A stretch of DNA of 20,094 bases from Coniocarpon cinnabarinum. Its lineage: Eukaryota. The notes under the pieces were generated by a model. The model was not told the DNA's origin, searched no databases, and saw only the letters and a list, made by a program, of their open reading frames with translations. Where the stretch lies: NCBI GenBank assembly GCA_051942205.1, contig JAVECO010000105.1, forward strand, positions 62,001 to 82,094, given 5' to 3'. Below are positions 1 through 9,499 of this stretch, piece after piece (within the stretch, counting starts at the first letter, position 1; each line of letters opens with the position of its first letter). A program made the position numbers and the translations under genes.

Positions 1-3000
1 ATTCCTCAGTCCAGGCTCAAGCACGAAGAGGAAGCGCACTGATGATGAAGAGGAAGATGGCGACTCGCGAGCCCACGACTCCACGGATCCCGAGCCGGAA
101 GACGATGCAAACGAGGACGAGCCTGACGAGGAGGAGTTACGAGAGCGCCGCCGCAAGCAGAAGTCGAAAACTGCGGCAAAGGGCAAACCGGCCGCCAAAA
201 AGCAGAAACCGAACGGAATCAGCGCTGCAACTCACACAACGCTTGTCAGGCGGCCAGCGAAGAAGACGGCCAAAGCAAAGCCGAGCGGAGTGCCCTCCGC
301 CGCAGATGCAGGCGGACTCTATGGTAGGTGATGACTTGTCGCTGCTGCGCCAATGTCGCTAATGCCATCTAGGCAAAGTTTTTGGAGGCAATGAGAGGCT
401 CGACAGCGTGGCCGCAGACTGGTTGCGACGTTTTGCAGCGCATGAAGCCAATGCCTTGGCGGAGCTTGTCAATTTAGTGTTAAGATGCGCAGGCTGTGAG
501 ATCGAGGTGGATGGACACGACATCGAGGATCCCGACAACGCCACAAACAAGTTGTCTGATATCCAGGATGAATTTCAGGCACAGAATCTCTCTGAGTACC
601 CATTGATCTCACGGAGTAAAGGCACTGCAACTTTCAAGAAGACCTTGACTAACTTTGTTAATACATTCATACACACTGTCGCGGCAAAAGGTCTACTGAC
701 AGGTCAACTGGAACTGATTGAAAATATTCAAATATGGATTGGCTCAATGTCTTCTGCTCCAAATCGACCTCTGCGGCATACGGCAACACTTGCCTCTTTA
801 GAAATCACTTCTGCTCTTACTGAACTGGCTCGAAGTGCTAAAGACAATCAGGCGAAAATCGGACGACAGATTCAAGGTGAAAAGAAAAACAAGAAAGTCA
901 ACCAAGCACGTGTCAAGAGCCTTGCAGAATCGGAACGGGAAGCAGGCGAGCGCGAACAACAATTGAAGGACATCATCAAAGATTGGTTCGACGTGGTGTT
1001 TGTGCATCGATATCGTGACGTGGACGCCCGGATACGAGTTGACTGTGTGGCTTATTTGAGTGAATGGGCGTGCACTTATTCAGACGAATTCCTCGATGGG
1101 CAGCACTTGCGTTATCTAGGTTGGGTTTTGTCTGACGAGTCTGCCCAGGTGAGGTCGCAGGTGACACGCGACATGCAGAAGTTATACGCCGATGACAAAA
1201 ACATTGGTCTATTGCGTCAGTTCACTGACAGATTTAGACCGCGCATGGTGGAGATGGCTACACGAGACGGCGATCTGGGCGTGAGGTGCTTCAGTATCGA
1301 GCTTCTGAACATCCTTCGACAACAAGGTTTGCTGGAGACAGATGACATCGATACGATCGGCAAGCTTATGTTTGACAATGAAACGCGCGTGCGCAACACC
1401 GTTGCCTCTTTCTTCGCAGCGATCGTCGAAGATCTCTATCAAGCTAAGAGGGACGAGTTTGAGGGCGTAGAAGAAGAGGCATTGCAAGATTTTGAGCAGA
1501 ACGAAGACGAAGACGATCCCGAAGCACACAGACTTGACTGGCTCAGGCTCAAGAGTATTGCGCAATTGCTACGATCTTACGACACTGAAGATGACAACAG
1601 TGTTCGACCTATCGACGTGGAAGCTCAGATTTTTAATGATACGGACGACCCCATACATTCACATGTCTCACTTGCGACAGAGGCTTTCTTCGACCATGTG
1701 CCGGTGCTCAAGCATTGGGAAAGCTTGGCCGGGCTCCTCCTCAAGGACATAACACGACATGCGAATATTGCAGACCCTAGCGATGTCCCAGCTTACATCG
1801 AGAATGCGGCCGAGCTCGAAGCCGCAGAGCAGGCTATACTACTCGACGTGCTCAATGTATCGGTGAAACACACGCTGAGAAATTTCGCCACTGATGCCGG
1901 CGGTACTGCAAAGAAAAAGAAAACGAAACGTGAGCTCGAGGCACATGCCCAGGAGCAAGAATCGGCTGCACAGCGACTAGCAGCTCTAATTCCCCGTCTG
2001 CTAAAGAAGTTCGGCGAGTCGCCTGGCACCGCTTCGGCCGTACTGCGCTTAGAAGCCGTTTTAAAACTTGATGTCTTTGCCCAACTGCGAGAGGACAGCA
2101 CCACATTTGCCAATTTGTTGGAGGATATTCGAAGACAGTTCATGTCTCATGAAGCCGCATCTGTCATCAATTCTGCCAAGCGCGCTCTCTTACATGCACG
2201 GAATACTGATGAGTTACAAGAGGTGACAGACGGTAAACTCAGTGTCCTATGGGATGACACCACCCTCACGTTCGCACGCCTCTGCAAAGGTCAAGAGCTC
2301 TCTATTCGTGGAAGTCTTCACTCATCTATTGTCCACGCCCTATCTACGACTGTCCTCCGCATTGCCAACCTGGCAAGCATCAGCAACTGTATAGAGCCTC
2401 TGGAAAAGGCTCATAACGTCTCTCAAAAGTCCAAAACCAAGTCTCACGGCAGTAGAACGACCATTACACCCATCAACTGCCTCCTCGACATCGTCCGCCG
2501 TGGCATCCTCAGCTCCGACTCCTCCTTAACCCTGGAGGAGACAGACGAGGTAGCCGAAGACGCACTAATTTCCCAAGCAATGAACGCATTAATATTCTAT
2601 TTCACGTGGCACGTCCTCTCTCTACGCCAAACCAGACCAACCGCCTCATCCTCCCTTTCGGATCTCTACGACCATTACACGGCCCTTCAGACTTCCTTGC
2701 GAGCACTCATCACCTCCCGTCGAGGCGCCGACTCCCTCCGCATACAAGCAGCGTCGCTCATCCTCGAAATCGCTACACTCTTCTCCACTCTCCGACACAT
2801 TCCCTCTGACGACATCCGCGATACGCTTAATCTTCCCAGCTCCGCCCGACTCCCATCCCAAGCCCGGAAATCTGTTCTCGCCGTCTTTATCGCGTCGGAG
2901 CGTGACTACGCGCGCAAAGCCTCGAAATCACTCGTCGATCCCGCTGAAGACACAGCAGAAGACCGAGCCGAGACGCAGCGCCAAGAGGAAGAAGCACTGG

Positions 3001-3536
3001 AAGCTGAACCCGAGTCCTCAGACGACGAAATGGACGAGGACGAGGATGAAGATGTCGACGCAGAGGCGCAATCGCGTGCGCAGCTCAAGAAGAACAAGAA
3101 AGACAAGGCGGCGCTTCTGGCTGAGCAGGCGCTCTGCCAGATCACGGGTAAACTTGTCTTGGCGCTCGTCGGCGGCTGTATCGATGACGACGGCGCCACG
3201 AAGAAGCGGCTCCTGAGGAATCGCAATAAATTGGGGAAGAATTATGCGGAGATTGTGAATGCGCTTGAAAAAGGGGAGAAGAGGTCGAAGCCGAAGACGA
3301 GGGCGGCGGCTGCTTCTGCGGCGCCGAGACCACAGAGCCGAGCTGAGATGGTGGAGGATCGGGAAGAGCCAGCCGAGGGAGATGAGAGGGAGGATGATCC
3401 GTTGGTGGAAGAAGATGGAGAGGAGGATCTAAGGAGACGAGAGTTAATTGAGGGGGTGGATGATGAGGGAGAGGAAGCGGAGGCGAGGGTTGAGGACCTG
3501 GATGCCGGTGAAGTTGAGAGCGTGTTAGGGGATTGA
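1..3536 (+). CDS. SCC3: Cohesin subunit SCC3/Psc3/STAG (stromalin), 5'-truncated; exons <1..323 and 373..3536
   Basis: STAG/SCD-type motifs 'SSAPNRPLRHTATL', 'VFVHRYRDVDARIR', 'LRYLGWVLSD', 'FTDRFRPRMVEMA'. Frame 2 is open from base 2 (acidic/basic 'DEPDEEELRERRRKQK'). Removing intron 324..372 joins 'GGLY-G-KVFGG' in frame with the 408..3536 ORF. Acidic C-terminus. Confidence 0.95.
324..372 (+). other. Spliceosomal intron of SCC3 (49 nt)
   Basis: Donor GTAGGT at 324, branch GCTAAT at 358-363, acceptor TAG at 370-372. Removal restores the frame. Confidence 0.9.
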
Positions 3537-3942
3537 GGTTTGTTTTCTTTCTCTTCTGCACATGGAGGCATTATGCTTATGAGCCGGAGACGCGGCCCTG
3601 GGATGGATATATGGCGGTAGCCTGTCGTCTGGATCACAAGTTTTCACGAAATGGTTTTAGCCATTTTCATCGCACATCGTCATGTACTATTATGCCAACG
3701 AAATTCTGCGGGCACTTGATGTTCAAGCTCTGAAGACTAAAGACGTCGGGATTCTCAATGTCAGATTGCGAATATGTCTCAAATTTCAGAGTACATGTCT
3801 ATCCCGTCCCGCGCCGCTGATGCGATTAGAGTGGAGTATAATACAGAGCACAAGTCTGTACACGAAGTGTAGGTATATTTTTTGCGCCGGATCCCTGGAT
3901 CTTTCAATCCAAATGCTCGTCCTCCCAGACATTCGTACATCT

Positions 3943-5438
3943 CTACTCGATAATCCGCGTACACAGCCCCGTTGCTACAGTCTTGCTCCCTTCTCTGATC
4001 GTGAATCGTTGCCCCTGCTCAAGCGCCAACGGCTTGTGGATCTCACACATCATCTCGACATTGTCGCCAGGATGCACCATCTTGCCGTCGAGATCCTTGG
4101 TGCCTTCCGGCCAGTAGATGTGACACGCCTCGTCTGCTGTTCGCATGAACATTTGCGGGCGGTAGTTGTTTCCGAAGCCGGTGTGGCGGCCGCCTTCTTC
4201 CTTCGTAAGGACGTAAAGGGACGTCAAGAATTTCTTCGCGGCCTTGGACGTGCCTGGTGCTGCGACGACCATACCGCGGGCGACATCATCGCGCTTCAGG
4301 CCACGGAGGAGCAGACCTGAATTGTCGCCCGCGCGGGACTCGTCGCAGGACTTCTTGAACATTTCAATATCGGTGACTTTGGTCTTGAGCGGGGTCTTGC
4401 TCTTGCCGATGAGTTCGACTTCGGTGTCGCGCTTCAGCGTGCCTCGCTCCACGCGGCCAGACGCGACCGTTCCTCGACCGGGGATACTGAACACGTCCTC
4501 GACGCTCATGAGGAAGGGCTTATCGACGTCGCGCTGTGGCGTGGGAATCCAGTCGTCGATCGCCTTGAGCAGCTCGTCAACCTTCTCGACGCCCATTTCG
4601 GGGCTGCGACCTTCAATTGAGCACAGCGCGGAGCCGAGGATGACAGGGGTGTTCTCGCCGTCGAAGCCATAGGTGCTGAGGAGCTCGCGCATTTCCATCT
4701 CGACGAGCTCGAGCATTTCCTTGTCTTCCAGCGCGTCGATCTTGTTGACGAAGACAATCACGTTTTGGATGCCGACTTGGCGGGCAAGGAGTAGATGTTC
4801 ACGGGTCTGGGGCCTGTGGAAGAGCGCTTAGTCTCTGATCTGTTTGAGCGAGGGGGGAAAGGATTCGCGTACATTTGTCCGTCACTGGCGGCTACCACGA
4901 TGATTGCACCGTCCATGTTCGCCGCACCAGTGATCATGTTCTTGATGTAATCGGCGTGACCGGGACAGTCGACGTGCGAGTAATGCCGTGAGTCCGTAGC
5001 ATATTCGATATGTGCAGAGGAAATGGTGATACCGCGCTTGCGCTCCTCCGGGGCCTTGTCGATTGAGCCATATTCGAGGTAGGAAGCAAGACCCTTCTCG
5101 GCTTGTCGCTTAGTTATTGCGGCCGTAAGTGTAGTCTGTGTGAGCAGTTAGCTTTAGTGTAGGTGCGCCGCAGAGTCTAGAAGTGGACGTACCTTGCCAT
5201 GATCAACATGACCAATGGTACCTAATTAGACTTGTAAACGGCAACCCCGACTGATCTACTGATACTCGTACGCACCGACGTTGACATGCGGCTTGCTTCT
5301 CTCGAAAGCTGTGGCGTATGATCTCAGCGAGTCGACGGCGCATCTGCTCCTCAAGAGATCTTGTGTCGCACCCAGCCGGGACTGCCTTCGAAGCAGTGCG
5401 CGGCCTGACCGAACGAGTGTAGTTGAAAGGAGCGACAT
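3943..5438 (-). CDS. TUF1: Mitochondrial elongation factor Tu, 441 aa; exons 5438..5276, 5221..5193, 5135..4873, 4813..3943
   Basis: Spliced translation gives '[28 protein letters not shown]', 'RGITIS', '[16 protein letters not shown]', 'MPQTREH', 'NKID'. Arg/Ser/Leu-rich N-terminal presequence. Exon lengths sum to 1326 nt (442 codons including stop). Confidence 0.97.
4814..4872 (-). other. EF-Tu intron 3 (59 nt)
   Basis: Donor GTACGC, branch-like ACTAAG, acceptor CAG. Joins 'DGQ-M-PQTREH'. Confidence 0.92.
5136..5192 (-). other. EF-Tu intron 2 (57 nt)
   Basis: Donor GTACGT, branch GCTAAC, acceptor CAG. Joins 'DHGK|TTLT'. Confidence 0.93.
5222..5275 (-). other. EF-Tu intron 1 (54 nt)
   Basis: Donor GTGCGT, acceptor TAG. 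Joins 'HVNV-G-TIGH'. Confidence 0.9.
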
Positions 5439-5912
5439 TGAGGGCACTTGAGGGAAGGGAGGGAGGGATGGATTCAGTCGGCGCTGGAAATTATTTCGCG
5501 ATCTCAGAGCTCATTGATTTCGTTTGATTTCGAGGACAAATATTGTGATCTGGTGTCAGGCTGTCCCGGGGGCTGAGATATGTCATAATAAGTTTACCAG
5601 CACCCATATTCAGGTCATTGGTCAATCTCAATATTCGAGGTGATCAGCAAGGAAACAAGCCATGAATCTTTCACGTTACAAAATATAGAAAGCTTCCAAT
5701 GGCATTGTCTGCATCTTCGAAATCTTGAGATTGCCCAGCATCGCTTAATCGTCTTTATGTGTGATTCCCTGTTGCACCCGCAATTTTATAGCGTAGAGCC
5801 TTATTAATAAAACACCGCATCATTCTTATCTTCTAAATCCACACTCCTTAGCTTCAGCTTCCCAGCTCCAACACGAACTCTCAGTCTTGTGCTCTCAAAT
5901 ATACTTAGCTCC
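5439..5912. promoter_or_regulatory. Putative bidirectional promoter region between EF-Tu (-) and EHD3 (+)
   Basis: 474-bp, relatively AT-rich gap between two divergent start codons. Individual elements were not mapped. Confidence 0.6.
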
Positions 5913-7489
5913 ATGATCTTCCAGAAAATTATTCCGCGGGCACACCCCCCTCTTCGCCAACTGACAAGCTACCGATCTTCTATCATGCCTTTGCGAGCCA
6001 AAATCCAAGCGCCAATGGCCTCCAGCCGACGAGCCGTCCAGCATGAAGCCATACCTCGAGAGTTTCCGGGTGATGAACTCGACGATGTGCTGTTCAATTC
6101 GCATTTTGGTGTCCGGACGGTGGAGCTGAACAGACCCAAAAAATTGAACTCGTTAGATGGCTCTATGTGTAGAAAGATCATACCTCGGCTTCTGGAATGG
6201 GAAAAATCGGACATGATCAGTGCTGTGATAATGAAGGGGGCAGGTGAGAAGGCGCTTTGTGCTGGTGGAGACGTCGCCGCCTTGGCGACCTGGAATCAAG
6301 AAGGGCCTGAAGGTCGCCAAAGATCAATAGATTACTTTGCGCTAGAATACAAACTGGACCATCTCATCGCAACATATACGAAGCCATACATTGCTTTCAT
6401 GGATGGAATCACCATGGGTGGAGGCGTGGGATTGAGCGTTCATGCGCCTTTCCGTATTGCTACAGAAAGGACTACTTTTGCAATGCCCGAAACCACTATT
6501 GGATTCTTTCCGGAAGTTGGGGGAAGCTTTTTCCTGCCTCGCCTAGATGGACAACTTGGTAAGTATCTCGCACTTACAAGTGGGAGACTACAAGGTGTTC
6601 AAGCATAGTATGTCCAACCGTCTTGCCATGTTGACCAACAGACTGACGCTTCACCAGCTACCATGGCATAGCAACGCACTACGTTCATTCGTCTTCTCTG
6701 CCAGACTTGGAGTCTCGTCTTGCGGAGCTCACTATCCCTGATTATGCGTCGCTAGAGGACCGCTGGAAGATCATCGATAACACTATTGCGGAATACGTTT
6801 CAAGCTTACCTCGCAATCAGCCTATACAATTAGCTGGCGAGCGGAGAAAAGCTATCGATCGCTGTTTCGCTCCGGTCGAGATTGAGGAAGTCTTTGACCG
6901 GCTGGAAGAGGAGGCCAAAAGCTCCAGCACTGAAGCTCAATGGGCACAGAAAACCATTGATACCATGCAAGGCCGCTCGCCAACTTCACTCAAGGTGACT
7001 CTGCAGCAAATGTCAGTGGCGAAAGATTGGAGCATCATGGAAGCCTTCCGGAAAGAGCACTCCATTGCGTCTCGTTTTATGCAGCATCCAGACTTTGTCG
7101 AAGGGGTGTCTGCTCGCCTGATACGCAAACCGCCGGAAACGCCCAAATGGCAGCCATCCTCCATTGCAGAAGTTTCTGCGCAGGACGTTCAATCATTTTT
7201 CTCTAATGATCAGAACCCTGCATCGCTCGAATTACTCAGAGAACGATCGCAAAAGACTGATTACAAGAATTATCCGCACTTTTGGACGGCATTACCCAAG
7301 GAAGACGCCGTCAAAGAATTTGTCGAGAGTCTCAAGAAAAGGCAAACATCCGTTTCAAAGGACGTCGTAAAACAGCATTTTCACACCGTCACTAACGCCA
7401 GGCCGGGCCTTCAAGCTGTCCTGGATGACATTCTTGCTCGCAAGACGGAACAGAGGGGAGAGCAACTGCTATGGCTCGGTGAAGCTTGA
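5913..7489 (+). CDS. EHD3: 3-hydroxyisobutyryl-CoA hydrolase (crotonase fold; EHD3/HIBCH), 508 aa; exons 5913..6607 and 6658..7489
   Basis: Motifs 'LNRPKKLNSL', 'ALCAGGDV', 'MDGITMGGGVGLSVH', 'FAMPETTIGFFP', 'RSPTSLKVTL', 'DFVEGV'. Splicing gives 'QAYYHGIATHYVHS'. An alternative in-frame ATG lies at 5985. Confidence 0.94.
6608..6657 (+). other. EHD3 intron (50 nt)
   Basis: Donor GTATGT, branch ACTGAC, acceptor CAG. Removal removes the apparent TAG and restores the frame. Confidence 0.93.
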
Positions 7490-7853
7490 GTCCTGGCCAG
7501 CAAGCGCTAGCACACGAGCACGGCAATTATGTTGCGCGCAGGCAGTGGCAGTCGCGCAGTCGCGCAGTCGTGCCTTCTGACATGTTGTGGTTTGCCACTG
7601 ACGCTAAAATCAGCTGTACCTTGGATGGCCCATTATGTTGGGAGAGCGTCGGGGCTGAAAAGAAAATCTTCCCTATATGAAGCTTCCCGCTGTCCTTCTG
7701 AACTACAACGTGAGCATTCTTACAACATACATTGACCTTGACTATCGGTTTTGTCGTCGCCCATACGGCGTCTGTGCCTCACCTTTGCATTGCTTGAACC
7801 CTTCTTCTACGTCAGGCGCTCTATAGGTCTTTGACTTTACGGCGCATATCCTA

Positions 7854-8921
7854 ATGGCTGGTGGGCAGCCTAATCCGCAAATGCTCAATCAACAGTTATC
7901 AAATCCGCAACTCTCAAACCAACAATTACCAGACCAAGAACTGTGGACTCAGCAATGGACCCCAGATGCACGTCTAGATGACTTTGGAATGCCACAGTAT
8001 CAACTATCTAGTCAGCCGCGGTGTAACGAAAGCAGCATTGACTGGTCAGGATCCAGTGGCTTTGCGTCACCTTTTCCACCCTTTCAGATGCCAGGAAACG
8101 ACTTTCAAATGAACGAAGTCCCAAAGACTCCTCTTCCCACAGCCCAGCCTAACGGAGGCTGCGCGTTCAACTACTCAAAATATCCTACCGGTTTTGCACC
8201 CTTGCCAGAATATTCGTTTCCCCCTCAGACCGCCTGGAATTTTTCTGGCGAAACCAACCCCATGTTTCAGGCTCCCTGTGGCGAAGCTATGCACTTGGCT
8301 CCTATGGCGCAATCTGAACCTGAACCGAGTGAAACCCCACAGGAGAGGAAAAAACGGCTCAGCAAAGAGCGCAATCGTCGAGCCGCCGCCAAATGTAGAG
8401 GCAACAAAAAGAATCAGCAAGAAGAGGATAAGGCGTGGATGAGATGCCAGGAGCAACAAAATGCGCTGCTCTGGCGGGTGCGCCATGGCTTGTGTGAAGC
8501 CGTGCGAGACATGAGAGAGAGTTTGGCCAGGGTCTGCCTGGTGCGAGAGGATTGCGACGGGATCAAGGAATTTTTGAACGACGAGACACGCTGGTCGAAG
8601 AATATCCCCAACCCCACGGATACCCCAGAGATCAATGCACTCAAGAAGCAGCTCACAGGGACGGAGCACGAAATCTTCGAGAAAAAGCGCAGCGGGGCAC
8701 CTTACTTCGACAAGGTCAATTTGTTGCAAAATGAGTTGGCTCAGAACCTTGCGCTTCAAGAGTGGAGTGAAGACGGTGACGTTGGGGTCCAGCAGGCCGA
8801 TGCAGGAGCAGAGGGGCTGGAGGAGACGACGGGGTCGGAGGGATTGGAAGAGTTGGAGGGGTTGGAGGGGTTGGAGCAGCTGGAGGAGGAGACGGAGGAT
8901 ATGGGAGAGGCTGATGAGTGA
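7854..8921 (+). CDS. bZIP transcription factor, ATF/CREB-like basic region, 355 aa, apparently intronless
   Basis: Basic motif 'ERNRRAAAKCR' (N-x7-R) followed by a degenerate zipper. Q/P-rich N-terminus and acidic C-terminus. Confidence 0.8.
   Translation: MAGGQPNPQMLNQQLSNPQLSNQQLPDQELWTQQWTPDARLDDFGMPQYQLSSQPRCNESSIDWSGSSGFASPFPPFQMPGNDFQMNEVPKTPLPTAQPNGGCAFNYSKYPTGFAPLPEYSFPPQTAWNFSGETNPMFQAPCGEAMHLAPMAQSEPEPSETPQERKKRLSKERNRRAAAKCRGNKKNQQEEDKAWMRCQEQQNALLWRVRHGLCEAVRDMRESLARVCLVREDCDGIKEFLNDETRWSKNIPNPTDTPEINALKKQLTGTEHEIFEKKRSGAPYFDKVNLLQNELAQNLALQEWSEDGDVGVQQADAGAEGLEETTGSEGLEELEGLEGLEQLEEETEDMGEADE
8811..8891 (+). repeat. Degenerate 9-bp coding tandem repeat (GAGGGGTTG-like, ~9 units) encoding EGL/EEL
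   Basis: gaggggctg gaggagacg acggggtcg gagggattg gaagagttg gaggggttg gaggggttg gagcagctg gaggaggag. Confidence 0.8.
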
Positions 8922-9150
8922 GGGGTGCGGATCGTTCACCGGTCACCCAAGCCACACTACACGTATTTGATGGCGTTTTTCTTTTGGAAGAGAAGGATAT
9001 GTGGATGCTTGGGATTTCACCATGGCCTGGCGCAGTCAAAGTGCAAGGACTCGTCAAACGGCCTATAGGTAGAGGCTATTTCTTTTCTGGGCCATGGACT
9101 AAGTTGGCTATATTGGCGGGCACTAGCACTACAGCCCATACGTAGACTGA

Positions 9151-9168
9151 ATCATCATCATCATCATC
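9151..9168 (+). repeat. (ATC)6 microsatellite
   Basis: atcatcatcatcatcatc in intergenic DNA. Confidence 0.9.
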
Positions 9169-9499
9169 AAACGTATGAGGTGATGTCCTGTGTGCCTGTC
9201 TCCGTCGCCCATGTGCTGTAGCTGAGTGATCGACTGATGTGGGGCGGGACCTTGCAGGCGTGGGGTGGCGGGGTGGCGGGTAACGGGCGTGCGGCACACC
9301 GATGCAACCCTGTCCAGTGCTTGTCAGCGACTCAGTGTGCCTGCGTGCCTGTGTGCCTGTCAGCTACGGAGCACGCCTCTCTCTGCTTCTGCAGCCATTC
9401 CTGTCCTCACTTGTAGTCGCTCATTTTCTGCTATTTTCATTATACTCTGCATCAAGTCCTAGATGCGCTCGTGTGTGCTGACGCCCCTGTAGCCTTTTC

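Noticed and set aside
42..362. 106-aa ORF in the ORF track
   Set aside because: Wrong frame. The SCC3 exon is read in frame 2 and splices at 323/324.
3682..4672. 212-aa and 142-aa + strand ORFs overlapping EF-Tu
   Set aside because: Antisense shadow ORFs expected from the strong codon bias of EF-Tu, with no recognisable motifs.
3943..4761. EF-Tu as a bacterial/horizontally acquired or truncated tuf
   Set aside because: Three spliceosomal introns and a presequence reconstruct a complete nuclear-encoded mitochondrial EF-Tu.
6606..6710. Apparent premature stop/split EHD3 pseudogene
   Set aside because: The TAG straddles the donor of a canonical 50-nt intron.
8175..8939. 254-aa antisense ORF over the bZIP gene
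   Set aside because: Leu/Gln-rich mirror of the Glu-rich sense strand with no independent support.
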